Part shown: piece after piece, positions 48,494-58,137 of the stretch
Layout of the letters: each line of letters opens with the position of its first letter
Position numbering within the stretch: position 1 is the stretch's first letter
Source: Candidatus Bipolaricaulota bacterium
Lineage (GTDB): Bacteria > Bipolaricaulota > Bipolaricaulia > RBG-16-55-9 > DRXL01
Reading direction: 5' to 3'
Assembly (NCBI GenBank): GCA_025061735.1
Contig: JANXAU010000040.1
Location: 33,434 to 97,433, forward strand
DNA: 64,000 bases
The notes under the pieces: model-generated
What the model was told of the DNA's origin: nothing
The model's input: only the letters and a program-made list of their open reading frames with translations
Databases searched by the model: none
Translations under genes and position numbers: made by a program

Positions 48494-48566
48494 CCCACCT
48501 CGCCAACGGTCTTGGGAAGATCTCTCGTTTTCATTATAGAATAAGAGAGAGAAAAGTCAATAGCTC

Positions 48567-48908
48567 TCAGCGCCGCACGACGAGCTTGCCCACCATCGTA
48601 TAAGTCGCCCTCCCCACCCGCGTCGTGAGCAGATAGAGATAGACCCCGTTGGAGATCAACTGCCGATCGTTGCGATGGAAGTACCATTTGTAATAAGCAA
48701 CCCCTAAAAGAGTGCCGCTGTTGAAGATGCGCCTCCCAGAGAGATCAAAAACTTGGAACTGCAAGCTCTCGATCTCTTCTGCTCCCTCAGCGAGGGAGAT
48801 CGAAAACTCCGAGGAGCTAAGCTGCACCTGCGCCGCGGGGGCAGCCCAGCCCCCCCATGCCCATATCCCACATCCCAACAGCGCGAGCAAGAGAGTTCGT
48901 AGGCTCAT
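48567..48908 (-). CDS. Small secreted protein that is essentially one T9SS-CTD/FlgD-Ig-like domain
   Basis: Signal peptide, then VFDLSGRRIF...W...SNGVYLY...KLVVRR. Confidence 0.65.
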   Translation of the reverse strand: MSLRTLLLALLGCGIWAWGGWAAPAAQVQLSSSEFSISLAEGAEEIESLQFQVFDLSGRRIFNSGTLLGVAYYKWYFHRNDRQLISNGVYLYLLTTRVGRATYTMVGKLVVRR

Positions 48909-50254
48909 TCGTCTTCGCCGGTATCGTTCCCTTGGGAGACGCGCAAGCGCCCCAGCTCTACACAGATCACGCCCGCGTCGGTCTGCCCCAGGAGCCGATA
49001 GAGATAGACCCCCGGCGGCAGAGGGGCTGCCTCTCCGTTCGTCCCGTTCCATTGGAGCGATGGGCCTGGCCCGTAGTGGGTGTGCACCAACGTCGGGGAA
49101 GCGCTAGCGGTGTAGAGTTCCAAGCTGAGCTGATGAGCACCGGGTATCTCGATCAGCAGGGGCTTGCCAGCGATATAGACCGTGCCAAGAGGTTGCCCAT
49201 CTCCGTCGCTGAAGCGCGCGCGCTGCTCTTGGGCTTGCGTTAAGATCCGTTGAGCAGAGAGGCGCAGCAGCTCGCCGAACTTGGTGAACGCGGTGAACAG
49301 CTCCATCGCGACTTCGAGCTGCGGCCGCCCCTGCGCCCCCCGCAGGAGATTTCTCAGCTCCGTCGCTAACAGAATCACGCGGTCGAACTGCTCCAGCGCC
49401 GGCGTCAGCGGCTGGAAGGGCGTCACTTCGATCTGACGGCTGGCCAGATCGGCAAAATTCTTACGAAAGACTTGGGCGTTCTCTAAGACGCCCTCAAAGT
49501 TCCCGATGCTGAGCGTCCCCCCGATGCGCACCAGCGAATCAGACAGTGTGCTAAAGAGCGCGGCGATATCGTCGGCTTGGCGGGATTGGGTCTGGGCGCT
49601 CAGCCACGCTGGGGCGAAGAAGCTGCGCACGAACTGCAATTCTGTGGGGGCTTCCCGAAGGGCGGCTGCACTGGCTTGGATGGCGCGGTTGGCGTTGTCA
49701 ATCGAGCTGAAGACGTTGTCCGTCAGTTGGAATTTGAGGGCTTGGCCGGATTCGTCGAGCGCGCGCGTAAAGACTTTCACGGTGTCCAAGGTGAGCGCGC
49801 GCACCGCTGAAGGCGGCGCGACTTTGAAGGCGAGCGTGCCGGTATTGTTGGATTCGTTGGCTTCGCGCACGCGCCCAAAAGGCGTATCTACGTAGACGGT
49901 CACGCGGTGCTCTCCGGCAACGGCTCGCCACGGGATGCGCAGCTCCACGGTCTGTTGCGCTTTGAGTTCAAAGACCGAGCGATAGCCGATCTCGCGGCCG
50001 TTGAGTTCTACTAAGATATCGAACGGGCCGAGGGCGTCGCCGCGGCCTTGGTTGACGATGACCGTGCGCACTTGGGCGCTATCGCCCTCTTCGAGATCTG
50101 GAGGTGAAATACGAACCTCTTTCACCGCGAGATCGGGGAGATTGGCCTGCCCCCAGAGCGCTAAGCTGCTTGCCCATAATAATAGAACCGTTACAGAAAG
50201 TATACCCCAATAGACCTGCCCTCGGTGGTGCATGAGCTTGAGCCTCCTTACCAT
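48905..50254 (-). CDS. Secreted CARDB + helical + FlgD-Ig/CTD-like protein
   Basis: LPDLAV...GEH...E.NESNN CARDB motif. Tail WNGTN...LPPGVYLYRL. Start may be a few codons downstream. Confidence 0.7.
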   Translation of the reverse strand: MVRRLKLMHHRGQVYWGILSVTVLLLWASSLALWGQANLPDLAVKEVRISPPDLEEGDSAQVRTVIVNQGRGDALGPFDILVELNGREIGYRSVFELKAQQTVELRIPWRAVAGEHRVTVYVDTPFGRVREANESNNTGTLAFKVAPPSAVRALTLDTVKVFTRALDESGQALKFQLTDNVFSSIDNANRAIQASAAALREAPTELQFVRSFFAPAWLSAQTQSRQADDIAALFSTLSDSLVRIGGTLSIGNFEGVLENAQVFRKNFADLASRQIEVTPFQPLTPALEQFDRVILLATELRNLLRGAQGRPQLEVAMELFTAFTKFGELLRLSAQRILTQAQEQRARFSDGDGQPLGTVYIAGKPLLIEIPGAHQLSLELYTASASPTLVHTHYGPGPSLQWNGTNGEAAPLPPGVYLYRLLGQTDAGVICVELGRLRVSQGNDTGEDE

Positions 50255-50351
50255 TTTGTTTGCACGAGGGCGCGCGGCGGCGCCCCCGACGATGCTATTC
50301 TAGGAGCTGATCGGTCGCTTGTCAATAGATCAGAGGGTGAATTTTTCGTGA

Positions 50352-51326
50352 CTAAGCCCCCTTCAGCTTCTTGATCTCGGCGATCAGCGCCGGGACGATC
50401 TGATGGAGATCGCCGATGACGCCGTAGTCAGCCCTTTGGAAGATCGGCGCTTCGGGGTCTTTGTTGATCGCCAAGATCTTTTTCGAATTTTTGCAGCCGA
50501 CCATGTGCTGGATCGCCCCGGAGACCCCCACGGCGATATAGAGATCCGGAGCGATCTGTGTTCCCGTTTGGCCGATCTGATCGGAGTGCGGGCGCCAATT
50601 GTTGCTGGTGGCCACGCGGGTCGCCCCGACGGCTGCGTTGTTGAGCAGGCTCGCAAGCTCTTCGAGCATCTTGAAGGCCTCGGCGCTGCCCAAGCCGCGC
50701 CCTCCCCCAATGACGACCTTCGCTTCGGTCAGCGAGATGCCCTTCTTCTCTTTGCGCACCAGTTCTTTCATTCGGACGCGAAAGTCTCGATCTTCAAGCG
50801 TCACGGTGAGCGCCTCTACGCTCGGCTCCGCCCCAGCCAAGGGCTGAGCCGCGACCGCGTGGGGTTGCAACGTCAGCAACTGGGGGCGGCTCAAGATCTC
50901 GATCTCTTCCAGGAGCGAACCGCCCCAGTTGGTGCGCGTCACGCCTAGGAGTTCGCCGTTCTCAACGAAAAATTCGGTGCAGCCGGTGGCCAAGCTCAGA
51001 TCGAGCCGCGCGGCGATCCGCGCCAGCCAATCGTTGCCCGTCTCGGTGCCCGGCGCCAGCACGATCGTTGGTCTTTTCTTCTGGATCGCTTCGGCGGCGA
51101 CCTTGGCAAACGCCTCGGGGATATAGCCCGTGAGTCTTGGGTCTTCGACGACGCTCACGCTCCGAACCCCCTTCAGCGTCGGCGCCAGAGCGCGCACGCC
51201 GCTGCCGACGAGCAGCGCTTCTGTCGCATCGTTGAGCTTTTGCGCCAGATCGCGCGCCGCTGTCAGCGCCTCCAAAGACGGCTCCGTCAGCCTCTGATTC
51301 GCTGTCTCTACCAAGACAAAGATCAT
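50352..51326 (-). CDS. etfA: Electron transfer flavoprotein alpha subunit
   Basis: GGGRG, QIGQTG, YIAVGVSGAIQH, INKDPEAPIF. Confidence 0.95.
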   Translation of the reverse strand: MIFVLVETANQRLTEPSLEALTAARDLAQKLNDATEALLVGSGVRALAPTLKGVRSVSVVEDPRLTGYIPEAFAKVAAEAIQKKRPTIVLAPGTETGNDWLARIAARLDLSLATGCTEFFVENGELLGVTRTNWGGSLLEEIEILSRPQLLTLQPHAVAAQPLAGAEPSVEALTVTLEDRDFRVRMKELVRKEKKGISLTEAKVVIGGGRGLGSAEAFKMLEELASLLNNAAVGATRVATSNNWRPHSDQIGQTGTQIAPDLYIAVGVSGAIQHMVGCKNSKKILAINKDPEAPIFQRADYGVIGDLHQIVPALIAEIKKLKGA

Positions 51327-51327
51327 T

Positions 51328-52077
51328 TTAGATCGCCCCCAGTTCGCGCAGCTTCGCCACGACCTTCCCAACGGCTTCTACGCCTTGGCCCAATATCTCG
51401 AGCTGGCGCCCCTCTTGCGGCTTCTTCAATCTCCTACGCGCGATCGGGGAATCGCCTCGCGCGGGCTTTCTCTGCTCGATGGGGATCTTCTTGGCGGCCA
51501 TGATCCCCCGCAGACTGGGGTGTCGCGGCACGTTGATCCCCTCTTTTACCGTAAAGACCGCGGGCAGCGACACTTCATAGACCTCCCAGCCCTCCGAGCT
51601 TTCGCGCTTGGCAATCGCCTTGCCGTTCTGGATCTCCAGCGCCTTGATCCCGGAGACGCACGGCAGATCTAACAGATACGCCACGCGCAGGCCTACTTGG
51701 TAATTACAAGCGTCGGCCGATTCGTTGCCAAAGAGCAAGAGATCGAATCCCATGGGCTTGACGGTCTCGGCGATCGCGTGAGCGACGGCTTTAGGGTCCC
51801 AAGACTCATAATCGTCGGCCTCGAGCAGAATGGCGTTGTTGATGCCCTTCGCTAGTGCTTCGCGTAACTGCTCTTGAGCGGCCGCCGGCCCCAACGTCAG
51901 CACCGTCGAGCTGCCGCCGTGCTTCTCTATGATGCGAATCGCCTCTTCGACCGCACACTCCTCGTGCGGGCTGATCGTAAATCCCAAATTCGTCGTATCT
52001 ACGCGCTTGCCGTCAGCCGTCAGCCGAAAGCCCCCTCCGGTGTCGGGGACGCGCTTGATGCAGACCAGCACCTTCAT
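51328..52077 (-). CDS. etfB: Electron transfer flavoprotein beta subunit
   Basis: VCIKRVPD, AVEEAIR, PRHPSLRGIMAAKK. Confidence 0.93.
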   Translation of the reverse strand: MKVLVCIKRVPDTGGGFRLTADGKRVDTTNLGFTISPHEECAVEEAIRIIEKHGGSSTVLTLGPAAAQEQLREALAKGINNAILLEADDYESWDPKAVAHAIAETVKPMGFDLLLFGNESADACNYQVGLRVAYLLDLPCVSGIKALEIQNGKAIAKRESSEGWEVYEVSLPAVFTVKEGINVPRHPSLRGIMAAKKIPIEQRKPARGDSPIARRRLKKPQEGRQLEILGQGVEAVGKVVAKLRELGAI

Positions 52078-52763
52078 AGAAGACTCCTTTCGATCTGTCT
52101 CGACGGTACGCCCTCTGCAAAGGGCGCTTGAGCATATAACGGCTCTAGTTCCCACACTTGATCGCGCGGGTCGCTGAGAAATCGTCGGATCCCCAAGTGA
52201 GCGATCACCGCCCCCGAAGGCCGATTGAGCGCCGCGGGAGCGACGATAGCAACCGACTCCAGCGCAGCGCGATGGGCTTCTGCTCCCGAACCGATGCAGA
52301 GCATCTTCTCGGCCCTGGCGCTCAGCTCCGTCTGCAAGCGGCCAATAGAGAGCGAGAGCGCTTCGCTCAGGGGAGTCTGTTGAGCGTAGAAGACCCGATA
52401 GACCAGATCGCGTCGGTCTTTCAAAACGACACAGATGGGTTTAGGCCAGAACGCTGCTTGGACGGCGTACGCCTCGGCGGTCGGGACGCCCACCAGCGGC
52501 CGCCGGAGCGTCTGGGCCAAGCCCTTGGCGACGGCCATGCCGATTCTGAGGCTGGTGAACGATCCCGGCCCCAACGCTACCGCGATCAGATCTAATCCGT
52601 CTCGTCGGAGCTGGTGAAGGCGAAGCAGATGATCCATGGCGGCGAAGAGCAGCTCGCCCGGCCCCCGCGTCGAGGAGTAGAGCACCTCCCCCAAGATCTT
52701 CTCCCCTTGAGCGAGGCCAACGCTCCCCTGCTCGTGGCTCGTCTCGATGCCTAGGGCGACCAT
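52074..52763 (-). CDS. tsaB: t6A biosynthesis protein TsaB
   Basis: GIETS, GPGSFTSLRIG, LEPLY. Confidence 0.92.
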   Translation of the reverse strand: MVALGIETSHEQGSVGLAQGEKILGEVLYSSTRGPGELLFAAMDHLLRLHQLRRDGLDLIAVALGPGSFTSLRIGMAVAKGLAQTLRRPLVGVPTAEAYAVQAAFWPKPICVVLKDRRDLVYRVFYAQQTPLSEALSLSIGRLQTELSARAEKMLCIGSGAEAHRAALESVAIVAPAALNRPSGAVIAHLGIRRFLSDPRDQVWELEPLYAQAPFAEGVPSRQIERSLL

Positions 52764-52875
52764 AAAGCGTTCAAATTTTACGGAAAGAGACCGAGCTTGG
52801 CAACTCTGAGGGTCGCGTGGGGTTGACAACGCCGCGGGTCGGAGGGTAGACTAGCCCCTCGATGAGGGGGGAGTT

Positions 52876-53106
52876 ATGACCGTCATTCTCTACACCACGC
52901 CGACGTGTCACTTTTGCAGTGCAGCCAAGCAATTTCTGCAGCAGCATCGCGTTGCGTTTGTCGAGTGCGATCTCTCCAAAGACCGTCAGAAGATGGAGGA
53001 GATCGTGCGGAGGACGGGGCGGGCCAGCGTCCCCGTGATCGAGATTGACGGGGATTTCATCGTGGGGTTTGACAAGCAACGTCTGATCAAGAAGCTGGGG
53101 ATGTGA
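52876..53106 (+). CDS. Glutaredoxin-like protein (YruB/NrdH type)
   Basis: [19 protein letters not shown]. Confidence 0.9.
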   Translation: MTVILYTTPTCHFCSAAKQFLQQHRVAFVECDLSKDRQKMEEIVRRTGRASVPVIEIDGDFIVGFDKQRLIKKLGM

Positions 53107-53113
53107 AACGCTT

Positions 53114-55042
53114 ATGCCGAAGATCGCTCCCTACGGCTCATGGAAGTCGCCGATCGCGGCAGACGTGATCGCCCGTGGCGCGGTGCGCCTCATGCAAGTC
53201 GTCCTCGACGGCGAGGACATCTATTGGCTTGAATCGCGCCCCGCCGAAGGCGGCCGCTACGTCATCGTCAAAAGATCCCCCGACGGCACCGTCCGCGATG
53301 TCACGCCCGCGCCGTTCTACGCCCGCACCACCGTACACGAGTACGGCGGCGGTGACTTTTTAGTTCATAACGGCACTGTCTACTTCTCAAACTTCAAGGA
53401 TCAACGGCTCTACGCCCAAACACCGAGCACAGCTCCACAGCCCATCACCCCAGATAGAGCGTTTCGCTACGCCGACGCTGTGATAGATACTCACCGGAAT
53501 CGCCTGATCTGCGTGCGCGAAGACCACACCATTGCTGGGCGTGAGGCCGTCAATACGATCGTCGGCGTCAACCTTGACGGCGATCCCGACGGGGGAAGGG
53601 TGCTCGTCTCCGGGAACGACTTCTACGCGTCTCCAAGAATCAGCCCCGAGGGCACCCGGCTCGCTTGGCTGGCCTGGAATCACCCAAACATGCCCTGGGA
53701 CGGCACAGAGCTGTGGGTCGCCGAGATCGCTCACGACGGCTCACTCAAAAATTTCCAGAAGATCGCAGGCGGGCCAACAGAGTCCATCTTTCAACCCGAA
53801 TGGGCGCCCGACAGCACGCTCTATTTCGTCTCGGACCGCACAGGCTGGTGGAACCTCTATCGCTGGCGCGGCCGCCGGGTCGAAGCGCTCACGGATAGAG
53901 AAGCCGAGTTCGGTCAGCCCCAGTGGGTCTTTGGGATGTCGACGTATGGGTTTGTCTCGGAGCGCGAGCTCGTCTGCGCGTATACTCAGAACGGCACGTG
54001 GCGCTTGGCGCGCTTGGACACCGTCACCAAAACGCTCCAAGAGATGGAAACTCCCTACACAGAGATTAGCTACGTGCGCGCCAGTGCTAACTCTGTGGTC
54101 TTTCGCGGGGGCTCCCCCACAGAGATGCTCTCGATTGTCAGGCTTGATCTCAGAACCCGGAGATATGAAGTGCTGCGGCGCTCGAGTGACTTAAGCTTCG
54201 ACGAAGGGTATCTCTCGTTTGCGCAGCCCATCGAGTTCCACACCGAGGGCGGCCAGACCGCCTATGCGTTCTTCTATCCCCCAAAGAACAGAGACTTTCA
54301 AGCCCCACCCGGCGAGAAGCCCCCGTTGTTGGTGCTCAGTCACGGCGGACCGACGAGCGCTACAACATCTACGCTCAAGTTGGAGATCCAGTTCTGGACG
54401 AGCCGCGGCTTCGCTGTTGTCGACGTCAACTATGGGGGAAGCACCGGCTACGGGCGCGCGTACCGTGAGCGCTTGAAGGGCCAGTGGGGCATCGTCGACG
54501 TTGACGACTGTGTCAACGCTGCTAAGTATTTAGTACAGCAAGGGCTTGTAGACGGCGAGCGCGTGGCGATCCGGGGCGGCAGCGCCGGCGGGTATACGAC
54601 GCTGTGCGCTCTTACGTTTAGAAAGTTCTTCACAGCGGGGGCGAGCTACTTTGGCGTAAGCGATCTGGAAGCCCTCGATAGAGACACGCACAAGTTCGAG
54701 TCGCGCTACAATAGAAGCTTAATTGGGCCGTATCCTGAGCGGCGCGATCTGTATTATCAACGCTCACCGATCCATTTTGCTCATCAGATCTCGTGCCCCG
54801 TGATCTTCTTTCAGGGCCTAGAAGACCGAGTCGTCCCCCCCAGTCAATCGGAGATGATGGTCGAGGCGTTGCGCAAGAAGGGCGTTCCTGTGGCGTATAT
54901 CGCGTTTGAGGGGGAGCAGCACGGCTTTCGCAAGGCCGAGACGATCCAGCGGTCGCTCGAAGCCGAGCTGTACTTCTACTCGAAGGTCTTTGGATTTGAG
55001 GTCGCCGATCCTGTCCAACCGTTCAGCATCGACAATCTCTGA
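53114..55042 (+). CDS. S9 family peptidase
   Basis: [31 protein letters not shown]. Confidence 0.93.
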   Translation: MPKIAPYGSWKSPIAADVIARGAVRLMQVVLDGEDIYWLESRPAEGGRYVIVKRSPDGTVRDVTPAPFYARTTVHEYGGGDFLVHNGTVYFSNFKDQRLYAQTPSTAPQPITPDRAFRYADAVIDTHRNRLICVREDHTIAGREAVNTIVGVNLDGDPDGGRVLVSGNDFYASPRISPEGTRLAWLAWNHPNMPWDGTELWVAEIAHDGSLKNFQKIAGGPTESIFQPEWAPDSTLYFVSDRTGWWNLYRWRGRRVEALTDREAEFGQPQWVFGMSTYGFVSERELVCAYTQNGTWRLARLDTVTKTLQEMETPYTEISYVRASANSVVFRGGSPTEMLSIVRLDLRTRRYEVLRRSSDLSFDEGYLSFAQPIEFHTEGGQTAYAFFYPPKNRDFQAPPGEKPPLLVLSHGGPTSATTSTLKLEIQFWTSRGFAVVDVNYGGSTGYGRAYRERLKGQWGIVDVDDCVNAAKYLVQQGLVDGERVAIRGGSAGGYTTLCALTFRKFFTAGASYFGVSDLEALDRDTHKFESRYNRSLIGPYPERRDLYYQRSPIHFAHQISCPVIFFQGLEDRVVPPSQSEMMVEALRKKGVPVAYIAFEGEQHGFRKAETIQRSLEAELYFYSKVFGFEVADPVQPFSIDNL

Positions 55043-55060
55043 TACGAAGGAGGTCTTACG

Positions 55061-55741
55061 ATGGCGCGCGGTCTGGTTCTGGTCTTGTTCGGGATCTTGC
55101 TCTGGACGTTCGACGCGCTGGGACAAGAGATGCGCATCCCCACAAGAATAACAGTAGGATGGCTCTTCTCAGATCTCTCGGAACTGAATGCCGCGCTGCG
55201 CACCCGGGGATATCCTGAGCTGCAAGAGAATTTTTTCATCTGGGGAGGCGAAGGGTTTATCATTCCACCGGGAGTGATGGGAGCCTGGAGCCTCAGGCTC
55301 TCCAGTTGGCAGGGGAGCGTCGTGGCCAAGCGCGACGACAAGCTCTCCAGGTTCGTCTTGAGCGGGAGCGCAGGCACGCTGGAGTATCTGCTTTCCAAGG
55401 CGCTTCCAGCTCGCCTAGAAGTCTGGGCCTCTCTCAGGTTGGGGATCGGAGTGGCTGCCCTCACCGTGCTGGATCACCGCCCCACCAGCTTCGACGAAGC
55501 GCTGCAAAGCCCCGCTTCGGCTTCGTTAGGGCGCTGGTTCTTACTTCTTGGCCCGGGCATCAGCGCGAGCCTCCCAATCTTCAAGTTCCCCGGAGCCTCC
55601 TCTGTTGCTGTCGCCCTTAGGTTCTCTGTAGGTTACATGCTGACGTTTGATAACGGCGCGTGGGATCAAGAGGGTCGCGCTCTGAAGGGGCCTCCCGATA
55701 ACTTCAACGGCTGGATCGTGCTTCTCGCTTTGGAGATCTAG
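55061..55741 (+). CDS. Hypothetical secreted protein, small beta-barrel-like
   Basis: Signal peptide, amphipathic Gly/aromatic strands. SD AAGGAGG. Confidence 0.55.
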   Translation: MARGLVLVLFGILLWTFDALGQEMRIPTRITVGWLFSDLSELNAALRTRGYPELQENFFIWGGEGFIIPPGVMGAWSLRLSSWQGSVVAKRDDKLSRFVLSGSAGTLEYLLSKALPARLEVWASLRLGIGVAALTVLDHRPTSFDEALQSPASASLGRWFLLLGPGISASLPIFKFPGASSVAVALRFSVGYMLTFDNGAWDQEGRALKGPPDNFNGWIVLLALEI

Positions 55742-55795
55742 CCAAGCGACTCGACGCTTGCGCTCCAGAACGCTTTGCGGCATAATACGTCCGCA

Positions 55796-56938
55796 ATGAC
55801 CGACTCTAAATTCATCCGAGCACGCCTTGCGAATTTCCTCGCTACCACCGCAGGGACAATCGCCGGGACGTTTATCCCCCTCTATGCCCAGCAGCTCCAC
55901 GCCGACGATGTCGGGATTGGGCTGTTAGCGGCTGCCAGTTCGATCGCTGTTGTCGTTGCGAATCTAATCTGCGGCCGCGCCGCCGACCGCTACGGCACGC
56001 GCGTCTTTATTGTCTTTGGGCTACTAGCCTCGGCGATCTCGACGGCGTTGCAGTTCTTCGCGTATGATTTTAGCTCGCTGGTCGTCTTGCGCGTTCTCAA
56101 CGGCTTGACGCTGGGGGTCTATCCCGCCGCGCTCATCTCGCACGTGCAAGCTTCCAAAGAGCGTCTGGGGCGCTTTTCAGCCTTTGGGTCGTTGGGCTGG
56201 ACCGTAGGGTCGCTCCTCTCCGGCACCGTTGCGACGCATTTTACGATCAAAGGGACGTTTATCGCTGCATCGCTCTTGTTCTTTCTGGCGTATCTGTTGA
56301 CGGCGCGCTTTGCGGTGCGCCCGCCCGACCCCGATGGCCGACCGCCTGTCTCGTTGTGGACGGTCTTCCAGCGCCAGCGCTCGACGTTTCTCTCTGTGTT
56401 TATTCGGCATACCGGGGCGCACATGGTCTGGGCCTATTGGCCGCTCTTTTTAAGCAAGCTGGGCGCCGATTATTTCTGGATCGGCGTGATCTCGGCGATC
56501 AACAGCGGCGTGCAGTTTTTGGTCATGTACTACATGACCGATCACGCGTGGAGCAGCGGGCTGCTGCGCCTTGGGCTGTTGCTCTCCGGCGTCACGTTTG
56601 TCACGTTCGCGCTGGCCCCCAATTTCTGGTGGATCCTGCCCACGCAGATTCTCTTGGGGATTTCGTGGGCGCTGATCTACGTAGGCGGCCTGCGGGCGGC
56701 CACCGAGGGCCATCGCGACGCCGGCGCTGCCTCAGCGATCTTCACGTCGATTCTCAATCTCTCGATGGTGATCGGGCCGTTGCTGGGGGCCGTGATCGTC
56801 TCGTGGGGAGGCTATTACGCGGTGATCTACGGCGGGGCGATCTCGTCGCTGGCGGCGTTTCTCTATCGGCATCTTAGCCTGACCCGCGCCCAGCGAGCCA
56901 AATCCAGCGAGCAACGCCGGGTCTCGGATCAGTGCTGA
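55796..56938 (+). CDS. MFS transporter
   Basis: GRAADRYG motif A, about 12 hydrophobic helices. Confidence 0.9.
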   Translation: MTDSKFIRARLANFLATTAGTIAGTFIPLYAQQLHADDVGIGLLAAASSIAVVVANLICGRAADRYGTRVFIVFGLLASAISTALQFFAYDFSSLVVLRVLNGLTLGVYPAALISHVQASKERLGRFSAFGSLGWTVGSLLSGTVATHFTIKGTFIAASLLFFLAYLLTARFAVRPPDPDGRPPVSLWTVFQRQRSTFLSVFIRHTGAHMVWAYWPLFLSKLGADYFWIGVISAINSGVQFLVMYYMTDHAWSSGLLRLGLLLSGVTFVTFALAPNFWWILPTQILLGISWALIYVGGLRAATEGHRDAGAASAIFTSILNLSMVIGPLLGAVIVSWGGYYAVIYGGAISSLAAFLYRHLSLTRAQRAKSSEQRRVSDQC

Positions 56939-57002
56939 ATCCGGGCTTGCAGAACGCCGACGATCTTGCTATTCTCAAAGACAATTCAGGAGGACATCTA
57001 AC

Positions 57003-57707
57003 GTGCTGGACAACGACAAGAACGCGGAGACCCCCGCCGACGGCGGCTCTCCCAGCGTGACCATCTCAGAAGAACCGGAGAGACCCAAACCGTGGGTGGC
57101 CCGCGCTCTCAATCGCTTGGGCATCCCCACAACCCCCAGCGCCGATTATATCTTAGATTGGGTCCAAGTCTTGGGCGTAGCCGTTGGCATCACGTTTCTC
57201 ACGGTGAATTACGCCGTCGCGCGCGTCTACGTCCCCACCGGCTCGATGGAGCCGACGATCATGGCCGGCGACAGCTTCTTTGTGGATATGCTCACGTATC
57301 ACTTTCGCCGGCCCAAGCCGGGGGATATCATCGTCTTCTGGCGCTGCGAAAACGGCCGCTGCGATCGCTTGGTTAAGAGACTGATCGCTGTGGGCGGCCA
57401 GACCGTCCAGATCAAAGACTGCTTCACCAAGCAGTACTCCGAAGAAGAGTGCGGCGTCTATATCAACGGGGAGAAGCCCAAAGACCCCGCGTTTCATCGT
57501 CCTTATTCGAGTGGGCCGTTGGGCGACCAGATCCAGACCGTCCCCCCTGGGCATTATTTCGTGCTCGGTGATAATACCCATAACAGCTACGACAGTCGCT
57601 ATTGGGGCTTCGTGCCCGAGAAAGATTTCATCGGCGAGCCTTTCCTGCGCGTCTGGCCCGTCACGAGAATCGGCTTCATGAACGGGTATTTCTGGAGCAG
57701 CCGCTAG
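57003..57707 (+). CDS. lepB: Signal peptidase I
   Basis: GSMEPT, VKR, GDN..NS.DSRYWG. Confidence 0.93.
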   Translation: MLDNDKNAETPADGGSPSVTISEEPERPKPWVARALNRLGIPTTPSADYILDWVQVLGVAVGITFLTVNYAVARVYVPTGSMEPTIMAGDSFFVDMLTYHFRRPKPGDIIVFWRCENGRCDRLVKRLIAVGGQTVQIKDCFTKQYSEEECGVYINGEKPKDPAFHRPYSSGPLGDQIQTVPPGHYFVLGDNTHNSYDSRYWGFVPEKDFIGEPFLRVWPVTRIGFMNGYFWSSR

Positions 57708-57717
57708 GAGCACTCCA

Positions 57718-58131
57718 ATGTTCGTTGTGCAGACCGAATCAGAGATCGTTGTGCGCTTGCAGACGGGCGAAGACTTCTTTGCAGCCCTCGGCTCGTTGAA
57801 CCTCACCGCCGGGGTGATCATCGGCGGAATCGGGATGCTGAAAGACGTCACGCTCGCCTTCTGGACGGGCAAAGAATATCTAGAACACAAGATCGCAGGG
57901 CCGGCGGAACTGCTCTCGCTTCAGGGGAACTTCTCGCTCCGAGACGGAAGATCGCACATTCACTGTCATGTCGTTTTGGGCCTAGAAGATGGCTCGACCG
58001 TAGGGGGCCATCTCTCTCGTGCTATTGTGCACGAGACCAATGAGATTTACATCCGAAAGCTCGCTGGGGTCATCATGGAGCGCAAGCCGGAACCCAGCGG
58101 GCTGTTTGGGCTGTACCCTCGCAAAGGCTGA
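57718..58131 (+). CDS. PPC/DUF296 domain protein
   Basis: ELLSLQGN, HIHCH, GGHL. Confidence 0.88.
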   Translation: MFVVQTESEIVVRLQTGEDFFAALGSLNLTAGVIIGGIGMLKDVTLAFWTGKEYLEHKIAGPAELLSLQGNFSLRDGRSHIHCHVVLGLEDGSTVGGHLSRAIVHETNEIYIRKLAGVIMERKPEPSGLFGLYPRKG

Positions 58132-58137
58132 TCGGGC

